Assembly: GCA_016779265.1 (NCBI GenBank)
Contig: JADHNY010000005.1
Coordinates: 3,477 to 67,476, forward strand
Length of the DNA stretch: 64,000 nucleotides
From: Pirellulales bacterium
Lineage (GTDB): Bacteria > Planctomycetota > Planctomycetia > Pirellulales > UBA1268
Direction: 5' to 3'
In this document: in pieces, positions 56,145-64,000 of the stretch
Layout: each line of letters begins with the position of its first letter
How positions within the stretch are numbered: position 1 is the stretch's first letter
The notes under the pieces: model-generated
The model's input: only the letters and a program-made list of their open reading frames with translations
Databases searched by the model: none
Told to the model about the DNA's origin: nothing
Translations under genes and position numbers: made by a program

Positions 56145-57125
56145 TCAGTCCCTCGCCTGCTGCTCGGCAAACCAAGCCACGGTGGCCGCAATGCCCGCGG
56201 TGAGATCCATCGTGGGCTCCCAGTTGAGGACGTCGGCGGCGAGCGACGCGTCGACCAGATTGCTGCGGAGGTCACCGGCTCGTGCGGGCCCATGGGTGGG
56301 CTCAGGCAGCGTGACACGCTTCCCTTCTGCCGCATGCGTCGCGGCGACATGGCTGCGTATCTCAGCTTCAAGCTCGTTGACGTCGGTGCCGACACCGGTG
56401 CCAATGTTGAGACTTGTGAGGGTGCCGGCAGTGACGTCCGGAAGATCTGCGGTGAGGGCGGTGACATTTGCGGCGGCCACGTCTGGTCCATAGACGTAGT
56501 CGCGAATGTAGCAGCCGTCGCCGTTGACGGTGGCCGCCTCGCCGGCCAGTAGCCGCTTGCTGAAGATGGCGACCACACCTGCTTCACCGTGCGGATTCTG
56601 GCGAGGGCCATAGACATTGGAGTATCGCAGGGCGACAGCGGCCAGGCCATGCTCGCGGGCATAGAAGGACAGATACCGCTCACCAACCCACTTGGTAATC
56701 CCGTAGGGGGAAATCGGATTGGCGGCCGTCGTCTCTGGGGCAGGGCTCGTTGCCTCGCCGTAGAGCACGCCGCCACTGGAGGCGAAGACCACCCGTCGAC
56801 AGCCGTTGGCCACGGCAGCATCGAGCACGTTGATCAGGCCGATGCAGTTGACCTGGGCGTCAAACAGTGGTTCACGAACCGAGCGGCTGACCGACATCTG
56901 CGCGGCCTGATGACAGACCGCATCTGGCTTTTCGCTGGCGAAGACTGTGGCCACCGCCTGCGTGTCAACGATGTCCACCACGTGCAAAGGCACGTCGGCT
57001 GGCAGGTTGTCGCGGGAGCCACTGGAGAGATCGTCAATGACACACACCTCGTGGCCGTCGGCACGCAAGCGATCAACGATGTGGCTCCCGATAAACCCAG
57101 CACCACCGGTGACGAGTACCTTCAT
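56145..57125 (-). CDS. NAD-dependent sugar-nucleotide epimerase/dehydratase (GalE-like SDR)
   Basis: MKVLVTGGAGFIGSH and YGITKWVGE (YxxxK). Confidence 0.85.
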   Translation of the reverse strand: MKVLVTGGAGFIGSHIVDRLRADGHEVCVIDDLSSGSRDNLPADVPLHVVDIVDTQAVATVFASEKPDAVCHQAAQMSVSRSVREPLFDAQVNCIGLINVLDAAVANGCRRVVFASSGGVLYGEATSPAPETTAANPISPYGITKWVGERYLSFYAREHGLAAVALRYSNVYGPRQNPHGEAGVVAIFSKRLLAGEAATVNGDGCYIRDYVYGPDVAAANVTALTADLPDVTAGTLTSLNIGTGVGTDVNELEAEIRSHVAATHAAEGKRVTLPEPTHGPARAGDLRSNLVDASLAADVLNWEPTMDLTAGIAATVAWFAEQQARD

Positions 57126-57170
57126 GACGGTCTGTTCCTCGAAGTTGTTGGCTCAGTCTTCCCGACGACT

Positions 57171-58490
57171 CTACCCACGATCCCCCTCGGCTGACAGGGT
57201 GGAGCCTGCTGGCAGTGCCGCACTTCCGCAGCACGACTCGTAGAGCTTGAGACACCGTCGGACCTGACCAACTGCCTCAAACTCCTCTCGCACCACCGCC
57301 TCGCCGGCAGCTGCCATCCGTGCACGCAGAGAGGGGTCGTCCGCCAACGTCAGCATCGCTCGGGCAAGGTCATCAGGATCTCGCGGTCTCGCCAGGAGCC
57401 CCGTGATGCCATCCCGCACGACCTCCGGAACGCCCCCCACATCCGAAGCGACCACCGGCGTGCCGCAGGCTAAGGCCTCCACCGCCGTCTGCGAAATGGT
57501 CTCGGCATGTGACGGCAGCGCGAAGATGTCGGCTGCTGAGAAGGCGAGGCGTTGCCTGGCCGGATCGATGAGGAAGCCGAGATTGACCAGGGGTACCGTC
57601 GCCAGTCCCGCGGGAGGTCGGTCCTTGCCAAACACAAGCCCCGTCACGCCGCACCTTGCTGGAAGCTGCGAGATAGCCCGGAGAAACTCTTGGACGCCTT
57701 TGGGAATGTTGGCCAGCGACGCTGCGGCGTAGGCCACGATCAGCCCATCTGCAGGGAGCCCAAGCTCACGACGGGCAAGCGACTTTTCAACTGGATAAAA
57801 CTGCTCCAGCGAGATGCCGTTGCGAATCGTGTGAAACGCACATCCCTGCGGAAGCACCCCGCTCACACGAGCCAGCCGCTCCAGCCAGTAGCTTGGGGTG
57901 ACGATCTGCAGCTGCCGTCCCTGGAGCGCCTGCCGTTTGATCGCATGGTCACGCGCGGAGATGTCGCGGGGGCCTGGCTGCCCCAGGATTGGACATTCAC
58001 CACAGCCTTGCTGAAACCGCTCACAGTCGAAGGCCTGGTGACAGGCTCCAGTGATGGGCTGCATGTCATGCAGCGTCCAGACCAGCGGCAGATCTGGCGG
58101 CATGCTCGCAAAGAACGAGCGGTAGTCGATGATCTGACTGACCCAGTGGAGGTGCAGCAGGTCACAGTCTGCGAGCGCATCTGTCAGCGGCGTGTCGTAG
58201 GGACGCACCGGTCCGCTATACATCCCCGACCGCTGCGGCTTTCCTTTTCGGTAACGGGTGCGAAGCAGCCGTTCGTGGACCCAACGCAGCGATGCTCGAG
58301 CGGCGTGCCACGGGTGCTGCAAGCCGGGCATCCCCCAGGGAAGCTGTCGGTAACCAGGCCCACGAAAGCTCGTGGAATCTGCATGCCAGTAGCAGCTCTG
58401 CACACCTTCGGCGAGCAGGCCTTCGTGCAGCCGCCGCGCCGCCACCGCGGCACCGCCCTCGAGATAGGCATTGATGTGGTGGATCCGCAC
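57171..58490 (-). CDS. glycosyltransferase family 4 (GT-B)
   Basis: C-terminal EALACGTPVVASDVGGVPEVV. The GTG at 58490 gives the typical VRIHHI... start. The listed ORF runs to a GTG at 58640. Confidence 0.75.
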   Translation of the reverse strand: MRIHHINAYLEGGAAVAARRLHEGLLAEGVQSCYWHADSTSFRGPGYRQLPWGMPGLQHPWHAARASLRWVHERLLRTRYRKGKPQRSGMYSGPVRPYDTPLTDALADCDLLHLHWVSQIIDYRSFFASMPPDLPLVWTLHDMQPITGACHQAFDCERFQQGCGECPILGQPGPRDISARDHAIKRQALQGRQLQIVTPSYWLERLARVSGVLPQGCAFHTIRNGISLEQFYPVEKSLARRELGLPADGLIVAYAAASLANIPKGVQEFLRAISQLPARCGVTGLVFGKDRPPAGLATVPLVNLGFLIDPARQRLAFSAADIFALPSHAETISQTAVEALACGTPVVASDVGGVPEVVRDGITGLLARPRDPDDLARAMLTLADDPSLRARMAAAGEAVVREEFEAVGQVRRCLKLYESCCGSAALPAGSTLSAEGDRG

Positions 58491-58750
58491 CGAGACACCG
58501 CCTGCAGCTGGCACTCCTGTCGACGCTCTCGTTTCGGCGTTGCCTTGAGGACCGGACACGCCTCTCGGAGGGTACAGGATTGGCAAACGGCACCCCACAC
58601 CAGCTGACCCCAAATCGACTGAGATTCCGGTTGTCGCCACAAACCGGGCTCTCTAGCCTCTCTAAACCCCGCGGGGTTCCACCTTCAGGTGCTCGCCCAG
58701 TTGCACGAGGTGGCTCCGCGGCAGCAGGTAGCTCAGTCCATTCCCGTTCC

Positions 58751-58795
58751 CATTCACACTGGGCCCATTCACCCTGGGCCCATTCACGCTGGGCT
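58751..58795. repeat. 15-nt tandem repeat, 3 copies (CATTCACNCTGGGCC, N = A, C, G)
   Basis: Units at 58751, 58766 and 58781, plus the partial unit cattcccgttcc at 58739-58750. Located between divergent glycosyltransferase genes. Confidence 0.85.
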
Positions 58796-58854
58796 GACTG
58801 TTCCCTCGGTGAGGAACTGGTGACGTGTGTGATGTGTTGAAGGTTATGCCGTAG

Positions 58855-60114
58855 ATGCTTCGGTTCGCTCCACTCTCCGATTCGCCCGACGTAGACCTCG
58901 GTCCCGTGGCGATTGTGAGCCACACCCTGCCGGGTGACCTCAACGGTCAGGCGGTGATGCTCGACCGACTGACCAGCGACACATCACAAGGCGGGTTTGT
59001 CTTCATTGACACCGACCGCAAGGCACGCCCACGGCCCCCCAGACCAAACTGGCTGGCCTGCGAACCGCTGCCCACACCGTTTCTGGCCCGCAAAGCCTTT
59101 CGGGTACGAAGACTCCAGACACGGCTCTACCACGCGCTCGTTCGCCAACGGTCCCTGGCGATTGCTCGGCATGTCCGTCAGCATCAGTGCCGCTGCATCG
59201 TTGCCTGCACTGGGGGTGACCTTATCGACCTCCCTGCTGCTGTCGAGGCTGGCCGCCGCACTGGGCTGCCGACGTTCCTTTACTACTTCGACGACTATCA
59301 GGTGCAGTGGAACATCATGGGTGGCCGCTGGTCGAGAAAGGTGACCGGTCACCTGCGAGACCTCGCCGAACGGCACGTCCTCAGTCACTGTGACGGTGTG
59401 CTGGTTCCGAATGAAACGCTGGCAGATGACGTCGCTCAGCGAACACAGACGGCTGTCACGGTGATTCGTAATCCGGTCAACACCGAGGCCTACCGCAGGC
59501 TTCGGTGTCACCATCCCCGACAGCCACTCGACCCACAACAAACGATCAAGGTGGTCTACACCGGCTCGGTGTATGCCGCGCAGGCCGATTGCCTCAGCCG
59601 GCTCTGTGACGCAATCGACCTCCTCAGGCCACAAGGATTTTCACTCGAACTCCATGTGTACGGCCCCCCGCCCTGTCCGGATGTCTGCCATGGCCTCCCC
59701 ATGGACCAGATCTGTTTTCACCCGCCGGTTTCCAACACGGAGAGTGCACAGCTGCAGGTGCAGGCGGATCTCCTGTTTCTGCCACTGAGCTTCACCTGTC
59801 CCTACCCCGAGCTGATTCGCACCTCAGCACCGGGCAAGTTTGGTGAATACCTCGCCTCAGGCACGCCCCTTCTTGTGCACGCTCCGGAAGACTCCTTTCC
59901 AACGACATTCGTCCGCCAGCACGACTGCGGAGCAGCCTGCAGTGTTGCTCGCAGTGACTCGCTGGCCGCGGCGATTGCCGGCATGCTCACCGATCCACGC
60001 AGCTGCGAGGCACGCCGGCAGCGGGCTCTCGAGATTGCTGAGGGCTTTTCCGAGAAAGCCAACCGGTCACGCTTCAGCCGTGTTCTTAGCCGCCCTATGG
60101 CCAGAGCCGCATAA
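58855..60114 (+). CDS. glycosyltransferase (GT-B, family uncertain)
   Basis: 419-aa ORF. VVYTGSVY... and PGKFGEYLASGTPLLVHAPEDS resemble the GT4 C-terminal sugar-donor domain. Confidence 0.6.
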   Translation: MLRFAPLSDSPDVDLGPVAIVSHTLPGDLNGQAVMLDRLTSDTSQGGFVFIDTDRKARPRPPRPNWLACEPLPTPFLARKAFRVRRLQTRLYHALVRQRSLAIARHVRQHQCRCIVACTGGDLIDLPAAVEAGRRTGLPTFLYYFDDYQVQWNIMGGRWSRKVTGHLRDLAERHVLSHCDGVLVPNETLADDVAQRTQTAVTVIRNPVNTEAYRRLRCHHPRQPLDPQQTIKVVYTGSVYAAQADCLSRLCDAIDLLRPQGFSLELHVYGPPPCPDVCHGLPMDQICFHPPVSNTESAQLQVQADLLFLPLSFTCPYPELIRTSAPGKFGEYLASGTPLLVHAPEDSFPTTFVRQHDCGAACSVARSDSLAAAIAGMLTDPRSCEARRQRALEIAEGFSEKANRSRFSRVLSRPMARAA

Positions 60115-60133
60115 GGGCTGCCCGCTGGCGACG

Positions 60134-61417
60134 TCATGTCTGCAGCAGACGCTGATAGAGCGCAAGATGGCTCTCCACGTACCTGTGCTCGGTGTAGAGC
60201 GATTGCACCCGCTTGAGGCCCTCGTCTCGACACGACCTGAGTGCTTCGGGGTTCGACAGAAGTTCGTCAATCGTTGCTGCCAATGCTGCCGCGGAGGCCA
60301 TCTCGACAGCCCGACCTCCGCGAGGCGCATCGATCACCGCCGGCAGGCTTGTTCCCTCAAAGACAATCGGTGGGGTGCCGCAGGCCATTGCCTCAACCGC
60401 CATCAGCCCAAACGTCTCCGCCAGCGAGGGCATGAGAAACGCATCGGCAGCCGCCAGGCCGGTCGCAATCGGCTCCGGATCGCTGTAGTTCCTGATCGTT
60501 GTCACCCTGTACTGCTGCTGAAGACGCTCAACCTCACTCCCTCCTGGCGTGTCAAAACAGATCAGGTCGGTCACGAGCCCAGAGGGGAGTCGCATCAGGG
60601 CCTCTTCCGCATAGCGGGTGCCCTTGAGGAGATAGTGAGGTGCCCAGCGAATCGCGAGCGGGCGAGCGTCTTCCGGCACGCCGAGCGCGCGACGGGCCTC
60701 TGCCTTCGGAATCGGCCGAAAGACATCGGTGTCCACACCGAAGGGAATCTTCGTGCAGGGCAACCCCGCGAGAAGAGGGCTCTCGGCAACCCGCTGCTGC
60801 ATCCAGTCAGACGCCACCACCAGGTGAAGACGCGACCTGGAGAGCTGCTTCTGTTTGAACGCCCAGTTGGCAGCGGTGCGATCCTGTCGGATGGGCAACG
60901 AGAGCGTCAGATCGGGACACGCCCCACACCCGGTCTTCCACCGCTCGCAGCCCATCGAGTGCACACAGTGCCCGGTGGTGATCCAGGGATCATGCAGGGT
61001 CCAGAGCACCGGACGTCGACCGTTGGCAACCCGTGGCAGTTCCCGCAGGCTAAAGAAACTGTTGGCATGCAGCAGCTGCAGGTGCAGCAGATCCGCCTTA
61101 CGATACGCCTCAGTTTTTCGAAACGCACCACCGAGCGGCACAAGGTCTGACTGCCGTGACAGTCGCGTCTCGAGCCTGACGACCCGCTGATTCCACCGCT
61201 TCAGCCAGGCCGGACCCAGCTCATGAATGCGAGGCTCGTCAAGCCGCTTCTCGGCCACCACGTAGTCCGACTCATGTCCCGCAGCCAACAAGGCCCGATG
61301 GAGGACGATTCCGTTAAACCGCTGGCCGGCCGCGTCGTATCCTCCCAGAAAGGCAACTCGCACCCGGGCTCTCCTCAACTGCTCTCCCACACGCCTGGCG
61401 CTAGGCGTGCCACACAT
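60134..61417 (-). CDS. glycosyltransferase family 4
   Basis: FGLMAVEAMACGTPPIVFEGTSLPAVI. The ATG at 61417-61415 shares one base with the upstream TGA (TGATG). The listed ORF extends to 61501. Confidence 0.75.
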   Translation of the reverse strand: MCGTPSARRVGEQLRRARVRVAFLGGYDAAGQRFNGIVLHRALLAAGHESDYVVAEKRLDEPRIHELGPAWLKRWNQRVVRLETRLSRQSDLVPLGGAFRKTEAYRKADLLHLQLLHANSFFSLRELPRVANGRRPVLWTLHDPWITTGHCVHSMGCERWKTGCGACPDLTLSLPIRQDRTAANWAFKQKQLSRSRLHLVVASDWMQQRVAESPLLAGLPCTKIPFGVDTDVFRPIPKAEARRALGVPEDARPLAIRWAPHYLLKGTRYAEEALMRLPSGLVTDLICFDTPGGSEVERLQQQYRVTTIRNYSDPEPIATGLAAADAFLMPSLAETFGLMAVEAMACGTPPIVFEGTSLPAVIDAPRGGRAVEMASAAALAATIDELLSNPEALRSCRDEGLKRVQSLYTEHRYVESHLALYQRLLQT

Positions 61418-62547
61418 CAGTCTGTACGTCGGCGTGGCACGCTCCAGACCCGCTCTCGCACATATGGCACGTAGCTGACGACAAGCTTGAGCAGCTTCCA
61501 CGAGACATCGGTGACGCGATACGCCGGCACGTCAGCTGCAGCGTGTGCGGGGTCGGCCGCTGCTGCCAACGCCATCGTCACCGCCGGCAGCACCGTGTCG
61601 CGCCCGAGACCGCACATCACAAGCACGCCCGCGTCCATCCCCTCAGGACGCTCATGCGTGTCACGAATGGTGACTGCGGGAAAGCCGAGGACCGCTGACT
61701 CTTCGGTGATGGTTCCACTGTCGGAAAGCACGCAGGCCGCATTGGTCTGGAGCGTGACGTAATCAAAGAAGCCAAACGGCTTCTCAAACCGCACACGGCT
61801 GTCGATCGCAACACCTTCGAGCTGTTCCAGCCGAACCCGAGTCCGCGGATGGGTCGAGACCAGCACCGGGAGACCCCGCTGCTCAGCGAGGCCATTGAGG
61901 GCATCAACGAGCATCGCCAGGCGGGCGGGGTCGTCGACGTTCTCTTCACGATGGGCGCTGACCAGAAAGTAGCCCTGTGGGGTAAGGCCCTGCTCCGCAA
62001 GCACCTGCGAGGCCGCGATCTTGTCGCGAAACGTGGCAAACACCTCCGGCAGATGGCTGCCCAGCACAAACACCCGATCCGGCGGCAGGTTCTCCGCGAG
62101 CAGATACCGGCGGGCATGCTCCGTGATCGTGATATTGATGTCGCTGAGGTGATCGACAATCTTGCGGTTGATCTCTTCAGGAACCCGCTGGTCGAAGCAC
62201 CGGTTGCCCGCCTCCATGTGAAACACGGGGATCTTGCGGCGTTTTGCTGCGATCACCGCCAGACAAGAGTTGGTGTCGCCGTAGATCAACACTGCATCGG
62301 GCGACTCAGCGGCCAACACCTCATCCGACTTCTCGATCACTCGTGCGATGGTCGCCGCAGCGGTTCCTCCCGCAGCCTCAAGAAAGCGATCGGGCTTTCG
62401 AATCCCGAGATCTTCAAAGAAGACCTGATTGAGCTCGTAGTCGTAGTTCTGGCCAGTGTGCACCAGCACATGCTGCGTGTGCTGATCAAAGCGTTCGATC
62501 ACACGGCACATCTTGATCAGCTCAGGACGCGTCCCGACGATCGTCAT
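61417..62547 (-). CDS. UDP-N-acetylglucosamine 2-epimerase (non-hydrolysing), CapG/FnlC/WbvD-like
   Basis: MTIVGTRPELIKM...VHTGQNYDYELNQVFFEDLGI. ATG at 62547, 4 nt after the stop of the upstream gene. Confidence 0.85.
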   Translation of the reverse strand: MTIVGTRPELIKMCRVIERFDQHTQHVLVHTGQNYDYELNQVFFEDLGIRKPDRFLEAAGGTAAATIARVIEKSDEVLAAESPDAVLIYGDTNSCLAVIAAKRRKIPVFHMEAGNRCFDQRVPEEINRKIVDHLSDINITITEHARRYLLAENLPPDRVFVLGSHLPEVFATFRDKIAASQVLAEQGLTPQGYFLVSAHREENVDDPARLAMLVDALNGLAEQRGLPVLVSTHPRTRVRLEQLEGVAIDSRVRFEKPFGFFDYVTLQTNAACVLSDSGTITEESAVLGFPAVTIRDTHERPEGMDAGVLVMCGLGRDTVLPAVTMALAAAADPAHAAADVPAYRVTDVSWKLLKLVVSYVPYVRERVWSVPRRRTD

Positions 62548-62551
62548 CACC

Positions 62552-63562
62552 TTAAGCACGCAGCTGCTCCTGGATGTAGTCAAGTCTGAGGAGAAGGTCG
62601 ATCACCTCCGCTTTCTCGAGTCGCTCGGTGTTATGCGAGGTGTAGTCGTCATAGCTCGACACACTCGTCTCGCCCTCCACGAAATACTTCGCGTAGTTGA
62701 GGTCTCGATTGTCCGCAGGAATGCGGTAGTAGCGATCGTCATCAATCGCCTTGGCCATCTCTTCCCGCGAGACAAGCGACTCAAAGAGCTTCTCGCCGTG
62801 CCGCGTGCCGATCACACGCACCGTGCTGGTTCCACCGAAGATCTCGAGCAAGGCCTCGGCCAGCACCTGCACAGTACAGGCGGGAGCCTTCTGCACAAAA
62901 ATGTCCCCCTGCTGGCCATGCTCAAAGGCATGCAGCACAAGGTCAACGGAGTCGGGCAGCGACATCAGAAAACGAGTCATCTCCGGGTCGGTCACCGTCA
63001 CGTCGCGACCAGCCTTAATCTGGTCAATAAACAAGGGAATCACCGATCCGCGTGAGGCCATCACGTTGCCATAACGGGTCGCCGAGAGCACCGTCTCGCC
63101 CTCAAGGCGGATGCGGCTCTTGGCGACCATCAGCTTCTCCATCATCGCCTTGGAAAGCCCCATCGCGTTGATCGGGTAGACCGCTTTGTCGGTACTCAAC
63201 ACGATCATCCGCGACACACCACGGCTGATCGCTGCGTTCATCACATTCTCGGCCCCGAGCACATTCGTCCGCACCGCCTCAAGGGGATAGAACTCGCAGC
63301 TGGGCACCTGCTTGAGGGCGGCTGCGTGAAACACGTAGTCGCAGCCGTGAAGGGCGTCGGAGATGCTGTCGATATTCCGAACATCACCGATATAGAACTT
63401 CAGCTTGGGATGATTCAGGGCGATCCGCATGTCCTCCTGCTTTTTCTCATCCCGACTGAACACGCGGATCTCACGAACGCCGGTGTCGAGAAAACGCCGC
63501 AGCACGGCATTGCCAAAAGAACCGGTTCCTCCGGTGATCATCAGCACTTTGTCGTCAAACAT
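62552..63562 (-). CDS. UDP-GlcNAc 4,6-dehydratase/5-epimerase, CapE/FnlA/WbvB-like
   Basis: MFDDKVLMITGGTGSFGNAVLRRFLD...FHAAALKQVPSCEFYPLEAVRTNVLG. Confidence 0.85.
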   Translation of the reverse strand: MFDDKVLMITGGTGSFGNAVLRRFLDTGVREIRVFSRDEKKQEDMRIALNHPKLKFYIGDVRNIDSISDALHGCDYVFHAAALKQVPSCEFYPLEAVRTNVLGAENVMNAAISRGVSRMIVLSTDKAVYPINAMGLSKAMMEKLMVAKSRIRLEGETVLSATRYGNVMASRGSVIPLFIDQIKAGRDVTVTDPEMTRFLMSLPDSVDLVLHAFEHGQQGDIFVQKAPACTVQVLAEALLEIFGGTSTVRVIGTRHGEKLFESLVSREEMAKAIDDDRYYRIPADNRDLNYAKYFVEGETSVSSYDDYTSHNTERLEKAEVIDLLLRLDYIQEQLRA

Positions 63563-63625
63563 GTGGAACTCTTTTGGTCGCCAGGCACCACTCCTGAGGA
63601 AAGGCGTGTTCGTGATAGACGCGTG

Positions 63626-64000
63626 TTACCCAAAGGCATGCATGCGACGCACCAGCTCCGCCCAGGCGGGTGGCGTGTAGCCGGTGGCCTCACGGAAGCG
63701 ACTGGCGTCGAGGGAGCGATCGATGACCACGTCGTCACTGGTTTCGATCTCAATGTCCTTGCCATACTCCGCCGCCACGAGCCGCAGCAGCGAGTCTTTG
63801 TCGATCGGATCTGCAGCAACGTGATAGAGCCCATGCAGTTCGGGATGAGGCAGCACGTAGTCGCGGACGAGCGTGGAGAGTTCCACCGTCGGCAGACCTG
63901 AGAACACCGCCTGGCGATAGCCCTTTACCCGACCGCTCTGCGAAAGGAACCAGCCCACAAGGCTTCGGCTTCCGGTCTGCTCGGTCCCGATGATCGACGT
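63626..64000 (-). CDS. SDR-family sugar-nucleotide reductase, RmlD-like, C-terminal part (5' end outside window)
   Basis: The frame stays open to base 64000 (…SIIGTEQTGSRSLVGWFLSQSG...). Only the C-terminal substrate-domain-like sequence is visible. Lies upstream of the CapE-like gene. Confidence 0.6.
   Translation of the reverse strand, partial: TSIIGTEQTGSRSLVGWFLSQSGRVKGYRQAVFSGLPTVELSTLVRDYVLPHPELHGLYHVAADPIDKDSLLRLVAAEYGKDIEIETSDDVVIDRSLDASRFREATGYTPPAWAELVRRMHAFG

Noticed and set aside
55254-56821. ORFs 55254-56072 (+), 55630-56493 (+) and 55964-56821 (-) across the repeat region
   Set aside because: They are Arg/Ser/Pro/Ala-rich low-complexity translations. They either run through the duplicated non-coding element or lie antisense or out of frame to the epimerase gene. 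No start context or motif is present.
16978-58795. Possibility that the short tandem arrays (16978, 49280, 58751) are CRISPR remnants
   Set aside because: The units are directly adjacent with no spacers, are only 13-16 nt long, and no cas genes are present.
57552-61150. ORFs 57552-58607 (+), 58984-59634 (-) and 59840-61150 (+)
   Set aside because: Each is antisense to a glycosyltransferase ORF that has the GT-B C-terminal motif.

Overview
GC-rich bacterial chromosomal segment. The gene content (PEP-CTERM protein, sulfatase, BNR sialidase, ECF sigma factor next to a Ser/Thr kinase, DUF3299-like proteins, many secreted hypotheticals) suggests a Planctomycetota-like organism; this is inference only. 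I support about 58 CDS, one tRNA-Gly(GCC), three rho-independent terminator hairpins and several repeat families. I see no rRNA, CRISPR array, transposase, integrase or prophage. Housekeeping blocks: hemE (partial); an OmpR-type regulator with a PhoR-like kinase; gap; tRNA-Gly-tig-clpP-clpP; panB; ffh-rpsP-trmD-rplS-yraN; and a polysaccharide cluster from 54.3 kb to the window end (gmd, epimerase, three glycosyltransferases, and CapE/FnlA-like, WecB-like and RmlD-like genes). Best candidate for an undescribed system: a tightly coupled seven-gene minus-strand operon at 31.9-39.1 kb. It encodes a beta-barrel OMP, a MacB/FtsX-type ABC ATPase and permease, two DUF3299-like proteins, and two paralogous helical proteins whose predicted mature N-terminus is a CPFC motif. 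It has no membrane-fusion adaptor gene and lies convergent to a TolC-family gene. Other notable items: a 177-180 nt element present twice (about 96% identical, 372 nt apart) in an ORF-less 790-nt spacer inside the sugar operon; a Ni-superoxide dismutase whose propeptide looks like a Sec signal peptide; an unlisted 29-codon highly basic ORF resembling ribosomal protein bS22; a full-length DNase I homolog; and three short intergenic tandem-repeat arrays. Most long ORFs antisense to these genes are GC-driven shadow ORFs and were rejected. All family calls rest on motifs read by eye, and no database search was run.
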